Positions 11,005 through 24,397 of a DNA stretch of 64,000 bases are shown one piece after another. This DNA is from Lama guanicoe (taxonomy: Eukaryota). Position 1 is the first letter of the stretch, and each line of letters begins with the position of its first letter. Made by a program: the position numbers and the translations under genes. A model generated the notes under the pieces. The model had not been told where the DNA came from, did no database searches, and saw only the letters and a list, made by a program, of their open reading frames with translations. The DNA lies in the NCBI GenBank assembly GCA_013239625.1, contig MU053557.1, forward strand, positions 4,928,123-4,992,122, in the 5' to 3' direction.

Positions 11005-12747
11005 AGAGCTTTTATCACCATGGATATACAGATTCTAAACCTTACTCCTCTACACCTTGGCAAATGCCTTTTAAAGCCAAATCATGATCTGTGGCTTGAA
11101 CTATACAATGTCCAAATATCACTCTTTTAGGTACAACAGCAACTTGCATATTAAAGAAGTAAAACACATTTGGCTCACTTTATGTATATATTTGTCCTAG
11201 CTAAGTAAAATCTATCATTACACTATGACTATTCACTTACTGGTTTAAGGTCAGGCAAAAGATAATTAACGGCACAAACTACAGACTACTTCAAGTGTTG
11301 TTTGTCATCTACAGAGCAAGACTTAGCTGTGACTTCCTTAAAACAAATGCTTTCTTGCAACTCCCTTCCATGAATTACATTCTTTTTCTGATGATACCAG
11401 TGTATCCAATATAAACTTCTATGATAGAACCTTTCCATTTCTCTCCACTAGACTCTATGCTCCTAGAGGGAAGATACTAGTTCTCACTCTTCTTTGTATC
11501 CAAGTAGAGTGGCAGGCCCCAAACAAATGCTCACTGTATGAATGCATGTTACTGAACCTACAGAATATAAACTTTCGTTAAGATTCATTCATGTTAGTTA
11601 AAACATTATTGAAAGGTTTTTTAACTGTTTAATGTTTGAATTTTTAACGTGCCACAAATAGAACACTGTAATTTGCTAATATTTGCTTGAGCCACTCAGA
11701 GTTTTTCCGTTGAGCTTAGGCAGTAACAGTTGCTGATTAAGAAAATAAGCACTACTTTCTAACCCCTTGACTTTATTATTATTTTTTAATACTTTGAATT
11801 TATACTTTGTAAAACTCTACCTCAAATGCCAATTCTGTTCATCACCTCACTTAAATTTATTATGACATTCAATCTAAATTTTAATAATGTCAATCTCTTC
11901 CACAGCATTTTTATAAATACATTTAGTTTAACTTGAAGCACGTCCAACATTTTCTTGCCCTTCAAGGTATCGTGACCAAAATTTTAAAATTATAAATTCC
12001 TTGACATTTACCTATTATCTTTTACTGTATTAGGTTTCCTCAAGGCTTGTTACTGACCCCATTCCCCTATTTTAAAATTCTTTAAAACTAATTTTCTTCA
12101 TCTCCTTTAGATTAAAAAAAATCTGAGCTCTGGCTTTAAATAATTTAATCAACCCTCCAGCATGAATCTAATTCATGACATTAAAATTTCCGCAGTGCTG
12201 CTTAAATATTACCAATGGCTAAGAATCCTTTACTGCAAGAAACATCTACTTGGTCAAAAATTCTTCCTTAAGTTATTTCAGTACCTTATTTTCCTCAAAA
12301 AATACACCTTTCATAAGGGTTCCACATATAATACATAGCATTCAATTTGTTTAATTTAACCAAAATTTCAACATACATATTTATGGATACATATATACAC
12401 TCCAAATCCTTTCTTCAAAATCTTACAAGGAAAACTGCTACATTCAACACTAAAACAAATACACTCCGTCTGATGGAAGCACCTTAAAAACTACCAGTCT
12501 ACAGGTAAGTAATAAACCAGTATAATCCATTTTCGTCCCATATCCATAGGAAAACATCTACAAGTAATATCAGAGTAATACACTTGAATAAGTACATCTT
12601 ATTATCTGTATCTTTTTTTGCTGATATAATGCTTAAATAGTGACACACAAGATTATAATAGTCTAGCTTACATACATTTAAATTATAGTCAAATAGTGTT
12701 GAACAATAGTATTTCTCAATTTTTATTCTCATAAAAATTTCACATAC

Positions 12748-12874
12748 CTGGTCAGCTAACATAAGTACAGTTTTCATTGTGAACCTTCTTGAACAGAAAT
12801 TGAAGAGGTCTTCGAGGCTGGGTCCAAGAAGATCCATGACTAGCACATTGTAGTCTTTTTCCTGACCATACCAC
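12748..12874 (-). CDS. CSNK1A1: CK1 alpha exon 3 ([42 protein letters not shown])
   Basis: 127 nt; acceptor ttag|GTGG, donor CAG|GTATGT; CK1 signature [10 protein letters not shown]. Confidence 0.98.
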
Positions 12875-15800
12875 CTAACAAAAGGGGGAAACGAAAAGGA
12901 AGGGCATTATAAAAAGTCAGTATCACCAAATATTAAAAATTTTTAAGTAAGAATAAGACAGTTTTTCCTCTCTGGTTAGGCTTTACTTAAAGTTAAGTTT
13001 TCCTCTGTGCAGTCAATGAACCCACTAACTCACTAACTGACCACATTGCCCAACACAAAATAAGGGTAAAGAGTGACCTCATTGTTCTATTAAGTTAGGA
13101 CTTGTGTGGCAGACTTAACACTCCTCTTACCAGGGCAGGTTAATTCTATACCCAACTGCCACTGATGCCTGTGACTTTGGGCAAGTTCCTTAATTTCATC
13201 TGGTCTACTTTCTAACTGGAGAAATGAAGGAGATTACACAGCCATTCCAAAACATTTCAAAAAGCAGAGATATCTTTTATTGTAACTGTTTCATTTCCTA
13301 CCAAGTTTTATTAATAAAGTTTTTTGCTTAATTTCAGATTACAGAATCTGAACAGTATTACCACAAAGATGACATCTGCTTTTTATGGAGGAATCACGCT
13401 TTTAATTATCCCATGTTACATTACTGCAGATAAACATACCACTTGTATCCAATAATTTTAGGCATATCAACTGCTAATTTCAGAGACTTCAATCCAAGGA
13501 CTGGGAATCACTGCAATAAATGATTTCAAGTTTCTATATGCCTCTAAGTCTGGTAGGGGTAATTTTCTAAAAATGAGCACTACTATTTTTATTTCAAACT
13601 AATCTAGATTATGAATTCAGCTTGAAAAGAAAACTGGCCATTATTTAAAATATTAAAAAAAAGCAGAAACAAACAAACAAAAACAAAAAAAAGGTGTGGG
13701 GGAGTATTTTACAGCTAGACTGGAATGATTTTTTTTGTTAACTCTAGTTAAGACTGATACCAGGATTTACCATTTGAAAAGTTTATTTAAAAAATTTTCA
13801 AAACAGGGGAAAAGAGCTTAAAAAATATATATGTGTCAAAAGCATTAGTAAGTATTGGTCTAGTGGGAACCTGTCTACTGCTTTTCACTCCTTTTTAAAA
13901 ATTTTGCTGTAATGCAGGTTTTTAGTTGATATGAAAGAAAACCAAGACTGAAACTAGCTAATATGGGTTTAATATCTTAATAATTATATTTTTCTAAAAA
14001 ATGCAAGCATGGCCCCATATTCAGATACAACGAATATACTCCCTGGAATCTTACGTAAAGATCATAAAGGGACTAGGCTTAAAAAGTTCACATTCCTTAC
14101 TACATTTTTGCTTCAACTGTTCCAGAGGACTATTTCCTAACATGACACATGAGTAACTATCATCAAACACATAAAAAGGTATTCATTCTCACACTGACTT
14201 TGTTAAAAAAAAAATTAAAAAAAAGGTAGGTAAAGACTTTCTGTTTAACCTTATAGAGACTGTCCCCACTAGCCTAAGAAAAGCAACAGATTTGTCAATG
14301 GTAGAGCTGGGCTGTGCTTATTGCACCTAAAACTGTGTTCAAAGCTGCTTTAATTTTCCCTTTTCTAACCTTATTTTCCATATAGGAATTCAATACCCTT
14401 CACATTCATTCAAACATTTACTTCAAAGAAAAGCTCACGGTGGTGGGTTTTTTGTGGGGTGGGTGTGTAGGTGGGTGAAGATGGATAAAACATAACAAAT
14501 AATAATATTAAAAGATAAGTGATTAACAAAGTGAAAAGGTTATGTTCTCCTTTCCTGGAATTTCCTCTGTTTATTCTGTTTTCCTTCCTTTTTTTCCGTC
14601 TTCCTTTACTTAACGGCAGAGGCAGATCTGTGCTAGGAAGCTGGCAGGAACCAGCCTTTGCCATTTTAAATGTCCAATCGTTAAGTGTTAGAGAGGATTT
14701 TTTATGTAAATCTAATTTATCTAGGTTTTAAAGGAAAAAAGACTCTATACAAGAACACCAACTCCAGAAAGAGCTAAGGCAATGACAGGAAGTCACAAGA
14801 AGTCAAAGGCAAAAGGGAAAGCATAAATCAACTCTCTTAAGATTACAAGCCATGTCTACACAAGCAGATGTGCATCAATGGCTACGTAACAAAACTACAA
14901 TAAACAAGTAAAATTTACAACCACCCGTGTCCAAATACAAACCGGAAATATAAAAGGCACAAATTTACACTTCTTCATGTAATTATACAATTTCACAATG
15001 CACTTTATGAGAAGTCATCTGCAAATTAAGCCTTTAACAGAATACTCTAAGTCAAGCTAATGGGCACTTCTATCCTTATTTGTTTACTTAAGAGATTTAG
15101 ACAGACCCACTATTTGCAACGTCAAAAAGAAAAACAGTCCATAAAGAAAAAAACCTGCTAAAACATAAATGTTTCAAAGGCATTTCCTCTATGGAACAAC
15201 TATCCATTTCTAAAATAATTAGGATTTTTGCTTAGAGATTGGTACTATAGCTCCTTAAACCTAAGTGACAGGTGTTTCTATCTTTCATACTTCCTTTTGA
15301 TCTCAAGGAATAGATAGCTTTATTTCTCTAAAGCTAACACCTCATTCCCTCCCCATCTGTGCTTTCCATCCAGATATTATTACACACAGATTAGGAGCCA
15401 GAAACAGTCTTCTGCTTATCCAAATCCTACTTTTAGTCAGTTCTACCTTCACTTCCAGGTTTTCCACTTCTATTTTGAGAGCTTCTAACTCCCCATTTCA
15501 ATTTTGAATGCCAAAGAAATCTTCCTTAAGTAGCCTATCCTACAGTGTTTTCCCATTTCACGGAATTCCCATAGCCACTGACTACTGCTTGGATCCAAGA
15601 TCCAACCCCTTAACAATACAATATTCAAGTAGTTACTTTGGTATTTCTCACTCTATACCTGGTAAGATAGAGCTTAATGTTCAGTCCTCACAGAACCTAG
15701 GTAATGAGCAAGTACTAATCTGATTCTGAGAGCATTTAAGTTTGCAGATTAATTTGAAACATAGCAACATGAAAATTTCACTTCTGTTCTTCACTTTAAG

Positions 15801-16404
15801 GTGCCTTCAGCCTAAAAACTTAGGTTTTATCTTTAGACATTTTTTTAATGTGAGCAACAATGTGTTGGTACTAAGTACCCTGTGGTAAAGTAATGTACGC
15901 ACTGTAGGTAGCTCAGATACCTGTAAGATTGGGGAAAAACAAAAAACTGGTTTGACTTGGAGCTTTCTTGATTTGGAGTGATCATGATTTGGAGCTATTC
16001 CTCCTAACAGTTTCAAAACATAGAAGAATCAAGTAATTTAACGGACAGAAGAAAAAAAAATGCAGGAGACTCAATTTCCCTTTGTTTCAAATCAATGCCT
16101 TTAGACTTAGTGTTGCCTGGCCAATCAAGGAAGTAGGCTGAAGAATGAGCCTGCAATTTAGAAAACCATCATTACTTAGAGCATAAAAAAAGGGTACCTT
16201 AAGGTCTGAAGAAGATGCTAGAAAAGGCAAAGCAAATCTCTCTGCTCTCATTTCCTTTCCTCTAAACCCATATCCAAACAAATTCTAATTAAAACATGAA
16301 GGCACACACAAAAAGCACACATCTAAGATGATACTGGTACAAGTTATTGGTGCTGACAAAAAAAGATGCTAACAGAATTCAGAAAAATGAGGTAAGTGGG
16401 AATT

Positions 16405-17284
16405 GACTACAGGTTAATTGTATGCATCATTCTAACTGGGCTATGGGATGCTGGAATAGCTGGTAAAACATTTTGGGGTGTCTGTGAAGGTGTCTCCAGA
16501 GGTGATTAGCATTTCAGTAACAGACTAAGTAAAGATCACCCCACACCCAAAGTGGGGCCAGGGCTGGGGTCCTGAATAGAACAGAAAGACAGAGGAAGAG
16601 AAAATGTACTCTGCTAGAGCTGAGACAGCCATCTTCTCCTCCCCTGGACATCCATGCTCCTGTTCAGACATCAGGACTCAAACCAGGACCTAAATTAGCT
16701 TCCCTGGTTCTCAGGCCTTCAGGCTTGACTAGAACTACTGCTGGTTTTCCTGGGCCCCTAGCTTGCAAGATCACACATCATGGAACTTTTTAGCCTGTAT
16801 AATCACCTGAGCCAATCCCTCATAATAAATGTCTTCCTGTGTATCTATAAGCAGATCTTGATTTATTGTTCTTTACAGATATCACGTTTTACATATTCAA
16901 GTTTTGCGGCAACCCTGTGTCCAACAGCGTATTGGCACCATTTTCCAACAGTATCTGCTCACTTTGTGTCTGTCACATTTTGGTAATTCTCACAATATTT
17001 CAAACCTTTTCATTATTATTGTATTTGTTATGGTCATCTGTGATCAGTGATTTTTATGTTTGATGTTACTACTGCAAAAAGATCACAACTTGCTGAAAGC
17101 TCAAATTATGGTTAGGACTTACTACACTATAGCGTAAACATAACTTTATGCACTGGGAAACCAAAAAGTTTGTGTAACTTTGCTTTACTGTGGTGATCTG
17201 GAACTGAACCTGTAATACATTCAAGGTCTGCCTGTATATATAATCCATCAGTGCTGTGTCTCTGGAGAATCCTAACACAATACA
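16405..17284 (+). mobile_element. MLT2 (ERVL LTR) interrupted by a Tigger1 derivative
   Basis: MLT2-type start (ggttaatt...ggtgtctgtgaaggtgtctccagaggtgattagcatt) and end (tctctggagaatcctaacacaataca) separated by the insert at ~16849-17234. Confidence 0.8.
16849..17234 (+). mobile_element. Internally deleted Tigger1 DNA transposon
   Basis: Tigger1 5' sequence (ggcaaccctg...tgctcactttgtgtctgtcacattttggtaattctc) joined to its 3' end (tgcactgggaaaccaaaaa...ctggaactgaacc...gcctg) followed by TA. Confidence 0.85.
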
Positions 17285-19217
17285 GCCATTTTTTGGTCTT
17301 ATTCACAATGCCATATTCCTAGCATCCAGCATAATGCCTTACATGCAGCAAATGCTCAGTAACATTTGCTGAATTAAAAAATAAAAAGCTGTATCAGAGG
17401 TTTTAACAGGCTAGGGCATGCTTGATGTGGCAAGGAAAACAAAGCAAGGAATACAAAAAACTTCACGCACTGAAAGTATAAGGTCATCAGGAAGCATCTA
17501 CTTACCTTCGATTCAAATAAACCAAATAATTATAAAATTTTAAAAGTGATAGTTTTAAGAGGTAAATATCTTTTCCTATGACATTTACCTTTTCATCTTT
17601 AGGTTAGTAATGTCAAGAGTCCCTACTAAATGACTAAAGTGTAAACACTGAATCAGTGCTATAACATATCCATTTTCATAGCATCTAAATTCTCAAAAAT
17701 ACTGTATCTTAATCTCTTGCCAACTCACCGTCATCCAATCTTTATGTTCCTTTTAATGAGGGTAGAAATTAAGGACCTGGTCTAGTACAATCTTGCTAAA
17801 CCTAAGAACTAGCTCAAATTCCCCCTTTAGGTTGTCATTGCTAACAGTTCCAGCTACCCTATCTTTTTTGTCTAAATTCTTTTTAATGTTCCTACACATT
17901 AATATTTATGTGTATCATCCTTAACAGTATAATTTTGCCCTTCACGATATTCTTAAAATTATAGATAGCTCTTTCCATCCTTCAAAACCATCCAAATTAC
18001 TATGGGCCAAAAAAAATTACCAACAGGCAATTCTTGTTTATCTTTTCCTAAACCCTCTTCCTTTCCTGCTTCTTATTGTAATCATGCCATGTTGACTTCC
18101 TTTCCTTTTTTTGTTTTTGGTGTATGTGTTGGGGTTAACAATTCATTTACAACAGTTAAGAAAGGCACTTCTTACTCCCCCTGTCCTCCTAAATCACCAG
18201 ATTCCAAAAGTAGGCTACCTTCAACCACAACACAATCTCATGAGTCTCAATTTAAATTCCTGAGTCTCAAAAGTCACCAGTCCTCCTGGTACTGCATTCA
18301 CTTGTTGATTACTTCTGGAAGCTGCAGGCCACCTGTGAATTTGAGTCTTAAGACACTATAACCCCTTCAACCTAAAATTGTTAATACTTATTAAGCTCCA
18401 TCTTATTAACAGCATTCATCATGAAAACAGGACTGTAATGTACAGGTTTGACTATGTTCTGATTCATGGTAACTCTTCAGCTCTTCTGAAGAACTAGACA
18501 CGAGACTAAATGTGGGTCACCTGATTTTTGATTAATTTTTGGTATATGAGATGGCTGTGTAACTCTTTTTCTCCTCAAGCTTCCCTGCCCATATTTGCTC
18601 TGACATTTGTAGCCTTCATTGCACTCTGAATAGAAGACACCTAGAATTTCATGATCTTAACATCCTTTCTCTTGCCATCAAAAACTTAAGAGCATCAATC
18701 TATTTCCCTCTCTTCTTATTTCACATTTAAAATACATTCAGATTTTATAAGGTCAGTAACACAAAATTTTTATTCATAATCCTTTTGGTTTACAACTTGC
18801 AGAAATACCTTTGAAATGGTTTGGGATCGGATCATTTTTGCTAGGTAATCCTGCTATTTGGCTACTTCAGAGAACTGGAAAATTAGGTTTAGTAGACAGT
18901 ATATGTTTTCTATAGAATACAAGCAATTAAAACCAGAAACACAAATACCAAATGGACCCATTTCTCCATACTGATTTAGACATGAAGTAACTAAGAAAAG
19001 AACCATAGTTTTAGCTATGGGTATGGTGATCAGAGTAATAATTCTGATAATGTGATGATTTCAAGAAATTTTAGATACTAATTCAATCTTTTACTTCACT
19101 GACTTTCCCAGAACTGTTCAAATCTTTTAAAACTGGCTGCTTTTCCCACCCTTACAATTTTACCCTCCTGGGGAGGGAATTAACAAGCACGTAAGTAATT
19201 TAAAATTGAACAAGACT

Positions 19218-19262
19218 GGGGTGGAGGGTATATCTCAGTGGTAGAGCACATGCCCAGCACAC
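19218..19262 (+). mobile_element. Truncated 5' head of the same SINE family
   Basis: ggagggtatatctcagtggtagagcacatgcccagca matches the heads at 19931 and 35910. Confidence 0.7.
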
Positions 19263-19930
19263 TCCACAGCCCATTATCCCAACTCTCCTCTTGCCTTGAT
19301 TAACTTTGAACTTCCACCAAGGGTTTCAGTTCTCACTTCTCAATTTACTTTCTCCAATATCACTTCTATGCTGATTCTTACTCTTATCTATCCCCAATCC
19401 TAATTCCCTGGCCTAGGCTTAACTATACAAGAACCAAACTTGGGATACACTGTCACCTTAAACTCAACATGTCCAAAGCTACAACTATTTACCCTACTTA
19501 GTATCAAACCCATGCCTTTTCTGACTTCCTAATTTAAACTTCAAATTCTCAAGGCTAAAGCAACTTACCTCTATTCCATAAGAAGAGAAAATGTGGGAAA
19601 ACATACATTAAAATGTTAGACCAAGAAAATAATGGAAATCAAACTATCCCTTAGTACACTATTTAGAGATCAAACAGTTTCCTTCAGGGTAATTTCTACA
19701 CTACAGTGATCACTTATATTACAAATCTAACAGAACAAATAATTTTGGTTGGATGGAACATTTCCTCTCCCCCCCCCACTCTACATTAACTAATTTGCTT
19801 AGCAAAACATTTAAAATAGATCGATTCTAGGTTTTAAAAAATTAACTCAAATTTCTCTACTTTAGCAAATGAACACAATGAGAAAACAGAATGATTCCAA
19901 AGTCTGATATAACCTTTTAAAAATAGAAGT

Positions 19931-20125
19931 GGGGGGGTAGGCTATAGCTCAATGGTAGAATGTGTGCTTAGTATGCAAGAAGTCCTGGGTTCAATCTCCA
20001 GTACCTCCACTAAATACATACATAAATATATACATAAGCACGTAAACAAGCCTAGTTACCTCCCCCTACCCAAAACATATAAACAAGCAAGCAAACAAAC
20101 AAAAAACCACACACACCCTCAAAAC
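19931..20125 (+). mobile_element. tRNA-derived SINE (camelid vic-1-like)
   Basis: A-box-like tagctcaatggtaga and B-box gggttcaatctc; A-rich tail; imperfect TSD aaaatagaagt / aaagtagaggt. Confidence 0.85.
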
Positions 20126-20806
20126 AAAGTAGAGGTAATAGAAGAAAGAACACGAGGTCTGGGCTTAAAATGTTCCGTAAGACATAGGAAAGGGAATGTA
20201 GAAGAGGCAATATAAGCTTCTAGAAAGGAAAGGTCTGATTTTAAAGAAAAAAAAGCAATGAATATACACACGAATACCTATCCATAAATTTAAATTCTAG
20301 GCAAACCTGAACTAATGATACAGAACCATGCTATATATACTTACAAATAGAAGCCCTTCAGTGACTGGACACTTAAGAAGTGGCCCACTAAACCAGTAGT
20401 TGGGCTTAAGAATGGGAAGCTGGCTAAACTCACAGTATATCTAATACAGTGCAAAGAATACTGAACCAGCAGCCAAAAACACAGGTTCTAGCTCTGGCTT
20501 TGCCATTTTCTTGCTCTCTGGCTCCGTAAAAGCTATTTTTGCTCACTGGTCAAACATTCTTAATGAAACTTATCTACATATCAAGAGGTACTGTAATAAT
20601 CATGGGATTGTAAAAGTACTTTTGTAAACTGCAAAGCATTACACAAATACAAGGATTACTTTCACTACAAAAAGCAGTTGCCCAACAATTATGAAATGAC
20701 AACAATAAAGACAATAGCCATTTCCTACAATAGTCAAAGCCTTCTCAGCAAAATAATTGCTAACTACCCCTACAGCTCAATACAATGGAGTGTCAAAACC
20801 TCAGCA

Positions 20807-20998
20807 CAGTACTTCTCAAAGCGTTGTTCTCTGGTCTTCCTTTAGCAGAAATCATCTGAGGTTTGTGTTAAAAATACAGACTCTTGGGCCCCATTCCAGA
20901 ACCTGTCAAACAAATCTGGGGATGAGGTGGTAAAACCTACATTTTTAACAAGCTCTTTAGGTAATTATTATGCATGGTTGATGTTTGAGAAATGCTAA
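20807..20998. mobile_element. MER5A-like hAT DNA transposon
   Basis: cagtacttctcaaa...aaaatacagactcttgggcccca...catttttaacaagctc...gtttgagaa. Confidence 0.7.
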
Positions 20999-21856
20999 CT
21001 AAGGAAGATTCAAAGGGAGACCTAATTGGGTCCCTGCTGACCTGTCCAATCAAGGCAATCTCTGGATGGCTCAGAATGCTGTTTGGGGCTCAAACTCAGT
21101 AAACTATCCCAACGATATTAAGGAAATGTTCACGTCCTCACACAGTTTGAGATTTAGGCATCTTTGCTCCTAACTGTCAGCAAGAGACAAATTCGCAACT
21201 ATATGTCAGATATATGGTATAAGCTCAAAAAAGAATGTTAAGTCTCACAAAATTTTTGTCTATTCACTGAAAGGTGTGCAGTATCTAAAACCACGTGGTA
21301 TATAGTAGGCAGGCACTCAAATACATATATTTGACTGAATGAAATGTTTGCTTATGCTCTAGAAAGTACTACACAGGTACTGTAAAGTATGTTAAATTCA
21401 CCAAGACATTCTCCAAAAACAGAGCTTTAGTTTTTAAAGAAGCTAACATCACACTCCCTTTTTAAAGAAGGATACAAAGTATTAACATTACAGAGGTTCA
21501 AAAACTGGAACTCTGGGATTTCAGTAAGTGGAGCTCACTGTAAAAATGCCAATCAAATGAGAAGAGTCAAAAGCAAAACAACCTAACCTGAATATGTAGT
21601 GAACAGCACAGTAAAGGAATGAAAAAGGGAAGAATGGTATTTACATAAAGGTATAAAATTCAGCCTGGTAAGAAGGATTTCATTTTACTGTTACCAAGGA
21701 CAGCATATTAGACACATCTAGTATGTCTTAAAGATTTGGAAAATTTGGAACTGAGAATAAAATTTACAAAAACTTCATGATACTGAAGAAGGTAATATTT
21801 CTTAAGCTGCAAAGAAAAATTAAAAAATAAAAGATACTGTTAAAAAAAAGCTTCAT

Positions 21857-21915
21857 TGACACAACATTGTAAAATGATTATAAATCAATAAAAAATGTTA
21901 AAAACAAACAAACAA
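21857..21915 (+). mobile_element. Ultra-short L1 3'-end insertion
   Basis: tgacacaacattgtaaaatgattataaatcaataaaaaatgttaaaa matches the reverse complement of the L1 terminus at ~58860-58908; flanked by A-run plus CTTCAT duplication. Confidence 0.8.
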
Positions 21916-22992
21916 AAAAAACTTCATGCTACTTCCCAATAAACAAAGTAGCTTTAAATCAGGTCTCACACTCCCCTTTCCACAGAAGCCACCTTAAGGA
22001 CAGAATAGTCTGGCAGTGCAGGGAAATGTAACTACTCAGAGGAGCTTCCGTATGAGCTGAAATACAGAACAGCCTCAATTAAAAAAATTAATTTGTAAAC
22101 CTCTCCACTGTACACTTAATGAAGGCACAAATGAAACATGATATATGCTATGTATGCTTAGTCAGTGTCACCATCTTGTCTCCCTTAAAAAAAATTCTGC
22201 AGTACAAAAACTGCAACTTTGAACCAAAAGGAATTTCAAAAGGCCAATTCACCACTGAGATGCTAATAAATACTTAAGCTAACAAATGTCCACATTAGCA
22301 AGGCTTTACCGTGAAATTAATGGACATTAGTATTTTATGATATGGTAGTATCTTTACATCAGAGTTCAAAGCTAAATGAATTGATTCAGCCATATTTCCA
22401 TTTGTAAATTGGCTCCCAGCTATTCAGTTCAGCTGAATTCACTTCAGAAACACTTAAGTACTATAGAGATAAGTATTTCCATTAGAACTAAGGAACTATG
22501 CATGCACCATGCACTCCTAAAATTCTATAAATGTGCAGGTTCCTTAACTTCCCACAGAGTTCCTTTGAAAAAGTAAATACACAGAGAAAATATGAGCAGA
22601 ATTTCCTTATTATGAATACTTAGCACCTTTTTACCCAACACTTCGCTAAGAAACATGAAACACATTTCCATCAGCATGAGGAAGTTCTTTCCCTCAAAGA
22701 GTTTCTAGAAGGCTTTCTCGCAGGACTGCAGATGAGACATGAACAGGAAAATGATTTCACGTACTGGTTTTAGATACTTTTCAGAAATCAAAGCATTTGA
22801 TTGTATGGGATTACAGTATCCCAACCAATACCAAGTTTCCTGGTATAGGATTTCCTGAATGCAACTCCTAATTCATATGAGGTAGTAAGTAAGTTAAGAA
22901 TCCAGCCGTATCAAGTTGTGCTAGGAAAAGATGGAGATCGGTGGATATGGACAAGGAACGACTATAATTAATCTCTGAAATATGGTGCAATA

Positions 22993-23173
22993 CAATGGTC
23001 CTTCAACTTGGCTACACATCAGAATCACCTAGGGACATTTTATAACTCATGGTATCTAAGTCACACCTCCAAAACCAATTAAATCAAAATTTTGAGATTA
23101 GGAGCCAGGTGTCAATTTTTTTTTAAAAGTTCTCTGCATGAATCCAATGTGCAGCAAAGTTTGAGAACCACTG
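22993..23173. mobile_element. MER5A-family hAT DNA transposon
   Basis: caacttggctacacatcagaatcacctaggg...aatgtgcagcaaagtttgagaaccactg. Confidence 0.7.
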
Positions 23174-23589
23174 ATACAGTTGAAAGAGACATTAAGACCT
23201 ATGCAAATAACACATTAGCTGTATGACTTTAGGCAAATTAACCATTGTGACTTACACTTTATATAAAACCCCAACTCACTGGGTTGTTGCAATGATTAAA
23301 TGAGACCATGTGCAATGCCTGGATAGTGGGTGACTTTTTTTTCTTATACGCAGATGGGAAAAAAAATGTTTAGCTACACTAAATTCAAGCTACTACCCAC
23401 TTATTTCAAAGCACATATCAATGTTACGAATAAAAGGCAACAATGATGTTAAAACAAATTGTCATTGCATCATAGAATGTTAAGAGGTATCTTTTATTCT
23501 ACAGATCCCATCAATTTATATAATGCATTACAAAAAACCTTTTAAGACCTAATTTGTATTACAAAATCTCTTTTAGAAATGAAAGCTGA

Positions 23590-24397
23590 GAAACGTAGAT
23601 CAAAACTACAATGAGGTATCACCTCACACCAGCCAGAATGGCCACCATTAAAGTCTACAAACAATAAATGCTGGAGAGGGTGTGGAGAAAAGGGAATCCT
23701 CCTACACTTGTTGATGGGAGTGTAGATTGGTGCAACCACTATGGAGGACAGTATGGAGGTTCCTTAAAAAACTAAAAATACTTACCATGTGATCCAGCAA
23801 TCCCATCCCAGGGCACATACCCAGAGAAAACTGTAATTCAGAAGGATACACGCACCTCAATGTTCACACAGCAAATGACTGGATAAAGAAGATGTGTATG
23901 TGTATATAAAAATGGAATGGAATACTACACGCAATGGAATACTACTCAGCCATTAAAAAATAAAACGATGCCATTTGCAGCAACATGGATGGAACTGGAC
24001 ATCGTCATTCTAAGTGGAGTGGGCCGGAAAGAGAAAGAAAAATGCCACATGGAATCTTAAAAAAAAAAAAAAAGACACAAATGAACTACTTATGATTTAT
24101 AACTTATATGATTGATTTCTTGAATATGTGTAAGCACATTTGACTGTCCTGACTGTCCTTTATGATTAGATTACTGTATTCTGTTGATTCTTCTTCTGTG
24201 GTTGGCTTTATTACTTTGATAATCATGTCAGTTTAAAAGCTAAAGCTCTAAACTGTTCTTAGAAACAATGATCAGTACATATATGTAAACTAAAAAAGTA
24301 TGTGCAATACATTGTATATATGTATTAATATGCAATATATTGTATATGTGCAGTCAAACTGTAGTAATTCTACCTAACAAAACTGAAAAATTAAAGA
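23590..24397 (+). mobile_element. 5'-truncated LINE-1 with an atypical 3' segment
   Basis: L1 ORF2 3' sequence (caaaactacaatgaggtatcacctcacacc...atggaatactactcagcc); TSD AGAAAT(G/C)AAAGCTGA at 23575-23589 and 24398-24412. Confidence 0.9.

Noticed and set aside
17480..19572. Isolated consensus donors in intron 2 (~17484, ~17728, ~19568)
   Set aside because: No convincing paired acceptors or other support; such sites are common in long introns
19931..20010. tRNA-like A/B boxes (also at 35910 and 19218)
   Set aside because: Followed by SINE body and A-rich tail, with TSDs; these are tRNA-derived SINEs, not tRNA genes
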